Shown here one piece after another: positions 8,490-13,352 of a stretch of 13,352 nucleotides of DNA; the first letter of the stretch is position 1, and every line of letters starts with the position of its first letter. Both the position numbers and the translations under genes were made by a program. Below the pieces are notes generated by a model. The model was not told where the DNA came from, ran no database searches, and was given only the letters and a program-made list of their open reading frames with translations. The DNA comes from Methanomicrobiales archaeon (GTDB taxonomy: Archaea; Halobacteriota; Methanomicrobia; Methanomicrobiales; Methanospirillaceae), in assembly GCA_037137755.1 (NCBI GenBank), contig JBAXJR010000055.1:1-13352 (forward strand). Direction: 5' to 3'.

Positions 8490-10370
8490 TTAATCTGGGA
8501 TATCAATAGTAAGGAGCCCCTGCTTCTTGATTTTGGTCATCATGTGGTACAGGTCATAGAAACCGGTATACCCGGCCTTATGTAATCGTTCAAGAATACG
8601 TGCCCTTTTTTCCACTTCCAGATACATACCGGCCTTTTTGTGATCAGGAATACCGAGCATGGTAGCAATCCTGTTTTCAAGGAGGAAACTGCTCCCCCTT
8701 CCATGGAAATCGTGGGCGTCAGTAATGGGGTTCCAGCTGAACATCTCGACAAAAGAGAACCCACCGGTTTCCGGGTTAAAACCCACCAGTTCATTTATTG
8801 AGAGGATCCTGCGGACCATGCTGCCATCCGGACGACGAACGGAACTCTGGATAACAACAAGGTTCAGGTTATCGACATAGGTCTTAGGGATAAGGATCGG
8901 ATCACCACAAAGACGCTGGATGAGTTTTTCAACGGAAGCCGCGTGGAATGTGGAAAGCACAGGGTGGCCGGTCTGCATCGCACCGAATGCGACAGCACCT
9001 TCAACACCACGGATCTCACCAACAAGGATCTGGTTCGGACGCTGACGGAGTGCGGCCCTTAACAGGTCAAACATCGTGACGTCTCCCCCTTCCCCTTCAC
9101 CCTTTCCTTTACCTTTTGATACTTCACGTGTCCAGTTCAGGTGAGGGATCTGGAGTTCGGGCGTATCCTCGATCGTGACAATCTTGTTCTCCGGTGGAAT
9201 GAAGGTAGTCATCGCATTGAGCGAGGTCGTCTTTCCACTTGCCGTTTCACCGCTCATGAAGAGAGACATACCATTCTCGATACAGATCCAGAGATACGCA
9301 GCACACATATAATCGCACGTCTTGAATTCAATCAGTTTCAGGATGCTGATCGGATCGTCCATCGCTTTACGGATCGTGAAGTTCGAGCCTTTCCGGCTGA
9401 TATCCGTGCTGTAGACAATGTTAATACGGGAACCGTCAGGCAGTGTCGCATCAACGATCGGGTTCCGGTAGGTGATAGGCCGTCTCGTCCGTTCTGCAAG
9501 CTTTATCACGTAGTTATCCAGCTCTTTTTCCTTATCCCAGCCAACCACTGATTTGAGACCTTTGAATATCTTGTGTTCAACAAATATCGGGCCGATACCG
9601 TCACAGGTGATATCTTCGATATACTTGTCACTGAGGAATGGCTTTAAAAGGCCGATATCAACTTTATCACGGACCATCATGTATTCGAGGGCTGAATACT
9701 CCTGGGGAGTCATAATAACCCTGCCGTCAGGGGTCCTTGCAACGTGTGCGAAGGCCTGTGCCCTCCCCGAACTGTCCTTCTTTGTAATGTCCTTATTGAG
9801 GAAGCCCTTCATTTTGCCCATGAATCCTGGATTTTCCGATTCTTTACTGGCCATAACCGGAATATTTTCCCCGGGCATTTTTATCTGGACGACCTGTTTG
9901 AGGAGATTTCGTAATACCGTGCTCCGTGCCTCATCGGTAACCGGGTCCTCTTCCAGTGCATCAAGGAGATCGATCAGTTTGTATTCAACTGCTGGAACAA
10001 GGTCTTTGACACTGTGCAGGAATGAGGGCTCGATCGGGATGTAATAGTTCCTGACATCATTGGGATCAAAAAAAATGTGGACAAAGGTATCGGCATCAGC
10101 AGGGTAGATGAGGTTAGGTTCCGTCATCGACTTTAGATCACGCTTTAATTCGGAGAAAAAAAGGGGAATACCATATTCATCAACCGGGAATATATGCAGG
10201 TATTCAAGGAGATGCGGGCTGTGCTGGACGTACTCTTTTGCATTCGTCGGTAACATCCGATAAAGGGCACAGGACTCGATATTATTCGCGCAATCGTTAT
10301 CTTCTGTGTTTACCGCACGTTTAAAGGGCAGGGAGAGACTTGTTGCGACTGAAATTTCTCCTTGACTCAT
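8490..10370 (-). CDS. arlI: Archaellum motor/assembly ATPase ArlI (FlaI), T2SS/T4P ATPase family
   Basis: Walker A GETASGKTT, Asp box TIEDTPEL, Walker B ILVGEIRG, His box QTGHPVLSTFHA and DATLPDGSRIN. Starts 1 nt after the arlH stop. Confidence 0.97.
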   Translation of the reverse strand: MSQGEISVATSLSLPFKRAVNTEDNDCANNIESCALYRMLPTNAKEYVQHSPHLLEYLHIFPVDEYGIPLFFSELKRDLKSMTEPNLIYPADADTFVHIFFDPNDVRNYYIPIEPSFLHSVKDLVPAVEYKLIDLLDALEEDPVTDEARSTVLRNLLKQVVQIKMPGENIPVMASKESENPGFMGKMKGFLNKDITKKDSSGRAQAFAHVARTPDGRVIMTPQEYSALEYMMVRDKVDIGLLKPFLSDKYIEDITCDGIGPIFVEHKIFKGLKSVVGWDKEKELDNYVIKLAERTRRPITYRNPIVDATLPDGSRINIVYSTDISRKGSNFTIRKAMDDPISILKLIEFKTCDYMCAAYLWICIENGMSLFMSGETASGKTTSLNAMTTFIPPENKIVTIEDTPELQIPHLNWTREVSKGKGKGEGEGGDVTMFDLLRAALRQRPNQILVGEIRGVEGAVAFGAMQTGHPVLSTFHAASVEKLIQRLCGDPILIPKTYVDNLNLVVIQSSVRRPDGSMVRRILSINELVGFNPETGGFSFVEMFSWNPITDAHDFHGRGSSFLLENRIATMLGIPDHKKAGMYLEVEKRARILERLHKAGYTGFYDLYHMMTKIKKQGLLTIDIPD

Positions 10371-10371
10371 A

Positions 10372-11109
10372 TCAGACCTTAGCCATCGAAATCGGGATTA
10401 TTTTCATGCCATAACCGGGATGAACTTCGAAACTGACCAGGTTGCCGGTCGTTTTCCGTGCCCCACGGACTTTCACTACTTCCATGACCATGACGTATTT
10501 ATCACCAATCAGGGATTTTTTCATGGAGAGATGTGCATCGCAGATGGAACGGATACGGATCAGGGTATCCTCCTGGAATGCATAGGTATGAAGAGTGATG
10601 AGAATTGTCTTTCCATGGTCAACAAGATTTTTACAGTTCGTCAAGAACGTGAGAACCGTTTCCTGGGTCGTATACTCGGTAAACATGGTAAGTGAATCAA
10701 TAATTATGACCTGGGCCTTACTGGTCCGGATATGGTCAATGATGTGTTCAAGGATCCCGTCCATTTCAGCTTTGGACCATTTGAACCCGACCATGTGCAG
10801 CGGGAAGAGCTTAACATAACCCCAGGCGAAATAGTCTGATACATCAAGGCTCATTGACTCCATCTGGGAGAGGAAACTTTTTGCAGTCATTTCGGTTGAG
10901 TACAGGTCAACACAGAGGCCCTGTTTCATTGCACCCCATATGATCTGCTCTGTCAGGACACTTTTACCGGTATCATTCTCACCTTCAATAAGCGTAAGAG
11001 AACCCAATGGAAGGCCATCAGCTATTTTTTTATCTATTTCATTACTTCCGGTTGAGAGGATCTTCCGATCTTCTCCACCGAGCATACCTGCGATGCCTTC
11101 AAATCCCAT
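10372..11109 (-). CDS. arlH: Archaellum KaiC/RecA-like ATP-binding protein ArlH (FlaH)
   Basis: STGSNEIDKKIADGLP, Walker A GENDTGKS, Walker B IIIDSLT and C-terminal FEVHPGYGMKIIPIS. Start placed at ATG 11109 (SD-like GTGGTGG upstream). GTG 11121 or ATG 11085 are alternatives. Confidence 0.95.
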   Translation of the reverse strand: MGFEGIAGMLGGEDRKILSTGSNEIDKKIADGLPLGSLTLIEGENDTGKSVLTEQIIWGAMKQGLCVDLYSTEMTAKSFLSQMESMSLDVSDYFAWGYVKLFPLHMVGFKWSKAEMDGILEHIIDHIRTSKAQVIIIDSLTMFTEYTTQETVLTFLTNCKNLVDHGKTILITLHTYAFQEDTLIRIRSICDAHLSMKKSLIGDKYVMVMEVVKVRGARKTTGNLVSFEVHPGYGMKIIPISMAKV

Positions 11110-11120
11110 TTGCCACCACA

Positions 11121-11170
11121 CTTATATTTTTCGTAATTGTATAATCGATTCAGCACTATTTAATTCTCTG
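11121..11170 (-). promoter_or_regulatory. Putative promoter region for the arlH-I-J block
   Basis: Minus-strand GAGAATTAAATAG (purine-rich BRE-like + TATA-like, ~11156-11168) and CGAAAAATATAAG (11121-11133) lie in the long arlF-arlH gap. Confidence 0.4.
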
Positions 11171-11366
11171 CCTTGTACAAATACATACCCGGATTTCAGA
11201 TAGGGTGGTGCATTCGCAATATTTCCGGATCACACCCTATGCTCAGCAGAACTGGCCCGTGGATAAATTGTTAGAAATTCATAGAGTCTTTGCAACATCT
11301 ATTGCCACGGTGTATCCGGACCGGGATAAAAAGGGCGATATTTTACATCTACGCATATAATTTTCC

Positions 11367-11834
11367 CTATGGGCCAGTAACCTTCGTGATAGCCGATACG
11401 CCATTTCCGGTTGTCACCTGTACTGTTACCGGGTAGTCAGAGCTATCATATATCACTGACATATTCAGTGTCTCGGTTGGGCGCCACTGTTTACTATCAG
11501 GAGAAATAATCCAGGTGTTTGCTACTGATCCCTTAGGAATCAGGACTGGAACTTTATTCTGCACTTTGAGAAAAACATTAAGAGTGGAAATATCGATCGG
11601 TTCACTTCCCGAATTTCTCATATCCAGGTGGATTACATTGGGTGTGCTGTTTTCCACGGAATTGGAATCAATCGCAATTGCAGTCCCAAGCATTTTCATG
11701 TGAACTGCCGTCATGTCAGCCTGTGCATTCATCGCAATTTGGGTCGTGGTTAGGACACCCCCGACGAGGACATAGGCGGTAACTATCAGGAGGATAATTC
11801 CTATAGCTGATCCGATGATCGATGCAAATGCCAT
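11367..11834 (-). CDS. arlF: Archaellum stator/S-layer anchor protein ArlF (FlaF)
   Basis: N-terminal TM (MAFASIIGSAIGIILLIVTAYVL), NSGSEPI, WRPTETL and VTTGNGVS, typical of the archaellin-like ArlF fold. ATG 11834 has a strong SD AAGGAGGA at 11846-11853. Confidence 0.85.
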   Translation of the reverse strand: MAFASIIGSAIGIILLIVTAYVLVGGVLTTTQIAMNAQADMTAVHMKMLGTAIAIDSNSVENSTPNVIHLDMRNSGSEPIDISTLNVFLKVQNKVPVLIPKGSVANTWIISPDSKQWRPTETLNMSVIYDSSDYPVTVQVTTGNGVSAITKVTGP

Positions 11835-11845
11835 CCGGTAATCAG

Positions 11846-11853
11846 TCCTCCTT
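11846..11853 (-). promoter_or_regulatory. Shine-Dalgarno site of arlF
   Basis: AAGGAGGA 11 nt upstream of ATG 11834. Confidence 0.75.
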
Positions 11854-11856
11854 AAT

Positions 11857-12321
11857 TCAATCAGTAACAAATTCTACTGATCTTTTTACTCCATTCGGTA
11901 AAACAATGGCAAAATATGCCATTCCACCGCCTGCCGGTATTTTGCTGCTCGAAAGGGGGGTCACATCAAGCGTCTCCCCGGGGTCCCACCATTGACCAAT
12001 CGCTGTCTTATTATAGTGACCCTGCAAGGAAGACCGATCAAAATCACCGACCCCACCGATGAAAACATCAGAATTATCCAGGTCATTTACCGATATCCGT
12101 GAGCTCCCGATGTTTTTCAGCCATATCTCAGCAGCAGGGGTTTTGGCAAAATAATTGACTATCTTAATATCGGTCCGTATCTGATCGTCTGTGGAATGTG
12201 CTACGGAACCAAAGGTCTCGGTCGTCCGCGAGATGATGGGAAAAACAGCATTAATCAGGACACCTGCGGCCACCACGGCAGCGATCAAAAAGAGGGCGGT
12301 GACGATTGTCTCACTCGACAT
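11857..12321 (-). CDS. arlG: Archaellum stator protein ArlG (FlaG)
   Basis: MSSETIVTALFLIAAVVAAG N-terminal TM, IRTDIKI, WLKNIGS, DVFIG, WDPGETL and LPNGV, all characteristic of ArlG. Confidence 0.9.
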   Translation of the reverse strand: MSSETIVTALFLIAAVVAAGVLINAVFPIISRTTETFGSVAHSTDDQIRTDIKIVNYFAKTPAAEIWLKNIGSSRISVNDLDNSDVFIGGVGDFDRSSLQGHYNKTAIGQWWDPGETLDVTPLSSSKIPAGGGMAYFAIVLPNGVKRSVEFVTD

Positions 12322-12324
12322 TCA

Positions 12325-13248
12325 TCAGATCCTGTCTTTGGAGCGAATGAAATCCGCATCCTGCTGTTCTTCCCGCGAATGGTCTTCCCGGGTAACTCCC
12401 TGGACCTTCACAGGACTACCCCGTTTTTCCATCAGGACCTCTATCATATCACGGTCCAGCGTAGCATCTGAGGGATTCAGGATATGGTTCAGCTCGTATA
12501 ACTCTGAAACGAATTCATCGGCGCTGATTTCGTGCATTTCACCGAGTGTTGTCGGCATCAGGCGGGTAATATCCCTGACGAGTTTTGCAGATTCATCTGT
12601 TATATAGCCCATCGCACGGTAGGATTCGAGCATCAGGTCAACACGGTCGTGCCCGTATTTCTTAACCGTTTTACTCGTCCATTCAAAGAGCCTGAACACT
12701 TTTTGCAGGCGGACTTTTCCCGCTGATTCGGACTCTTTATTGGAGGGCATTGCGGGACCAGGAACTCCTGCAAACTGTGCCCTGATAGCTGCCAGCATCA
12801 TCTCATCAGGATTACCGGAACCAAGAGGGATCCTTGTAATAGTCCCCGAATCCTGGTGGGGTAGAGTTATAGCGGGTGATCCGGACCCCTGCACACCTGT
12901 CACTTCCTGGCTCTCATGATGAACCTGGGCATCCAGATGGGCCTGTGCCTCGTCTCGGATCTCCTGCGAGGCTTTCAAGGCTCCGGCCGCCGACTCCACC
13001 GCCCCTGCGGCTCCCTTCAGAGCGTTGGTGAACTGGCCCGGGTCCTGGCCCCCGGATGCACCCCCCTGCATCCCTGCATTGAACGGGTTCTCCATATCGT
13101 TCATGCGTTCACGGATATCAATTAAAAGGCGCTTGATGGAGGTCTTTAAGAGTTCAACCTCGTCCTGTAATTTCAGCAGTTTCACTTCAGGGTCATCGGC
13201 AGATGCCGTCGAAATGATGTGGTCAACCTGTGCCTGATTTACTGCCAT
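12325..13248 (-). CDS. ArlC/D/E-like archaellum switch-complex protein (N-terminal coiled coil ending NPF, C-terminal ArlD/E-like domain)
   Basis: Coiled coil at aa 21-56 ending ENPF (ArlC-like). The aa ~180-258 segment LFEW...KYG...MLESYRAMGYITDE resembles the ArlD/E W..G..Y...G[WY]I pattern. First gene of the arl block. Confidence 0.65.
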   Translation of the reverse strand: MAVNQAQVDHIISTASADDPEVKLLKLQDEVELLKTSIKRLLIDIRERMNDMENPFNAGMQGGASGGQDPGQFTNALKGAAGAVESAAGALKASQEIRDEAQAHLDAQVHHESQEVTGVQGSGSPAITLPHQDSGTITRIPLGSGNPDEMMLAAIRAQFAGVPGPAMPSNKESESAGKVRLQKVFRLFEWTSKTVKKYGHDRVDLMLESYRAMGYITDESAKLVRDITRLMPTTLGEMHEISADEFVSELYELNHILNPSDATLDRDMIEVLMEKRGSPVKVQGVTREDHSREEQQDADFIRSKDRI

Positions 13249-13276
13249 ATCAATTAATAGTTTTCACTTCTCTTCG

Positions 13277-13290
13277 TTATTATACTTTTG
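13277..13290 (-). promoter_or_regulatory. BRE + TATA promoter of the arl operon
   Basis: Minus-strand CAAAAG-TATAATAA (TATA at 13277-13284) ends 28 nt upstream of ATG 13248, implying a very short leader. Confidence 0.6.
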
Positions 13291-13352
13291 CCATATGGAT
13301 GACAATGATGAATGACAATACGGAAAAACGGTCTGAAAATCGATTGACTAAG

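Noticed and set aside
10372-11109. ArlH as a KaiC clock protein
   Set aside because: Single KaiC-like domain located in the arlF-H-I-J context, with no kaiB.
11835-11870. TTG-start extension of ArlF
   Set aside because: Overlaps the end of arlG and contains the strong SD for ATG 11834.
213-13237. Other plus-strand ORFs and short nested minus-strand ORFs in the track
   Set aside because: They lie wholly or mostly over well-supported arl/che genes and show no family motifs.
11143-13345. Palindrome AATCGATT at 11143-11150 and 13338-13345
   Set aside because: It also occurs inside the cheF CDS (~5420) and is a short AT-rich word, so support is insufficient.
1-13352. CRISPR arrays, tRNA/rRNA, transposases, frameshifted pseudogenes
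   Set aside because: None seen. The window is almost fully covered by intact CDSs.

Overview
Archaeal motility locus, with all real genes on the minus strand. The order is ArlC/D/E-like gene, arlG, arlF, a ~257-bp gap, arlH, arlI, arlJ, an uncharacterised two-TM acidic protein, cheF, cheY, cheB, cheA, cheC and cheD, ending in a probable bidirectional oligo-T terminator. It encodes the archaellum motor, the archaea-specific CheF adaptor and a CheC/CheD-containing chemotaxis core. No archaellin (arlB), cheW, cheR or MCP lies in the window. The proteins look methanogen-like (Methanomicrobiales/Methanospirillum is my impression, not a search result). The best candidate for something undescribed is the 423-aa protein between arlJ and cheF. 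It has a membrane anchor, a Lys-rich linker, a very acidic repeat region and a helical C-terminal cap, resembling bacterial FimV/HubP polar landmarks in architecture, and is in frame with arlJ across one TAG. Also notable are the arlG-arlF ('fla2') order combined with a soluble fused ArlC+D/E protein, and motifs shared between intergenic regions. I moved several ORF-track starts (arlF, arlH, cheB, cheA) downstream using SD motifs and overlaps.
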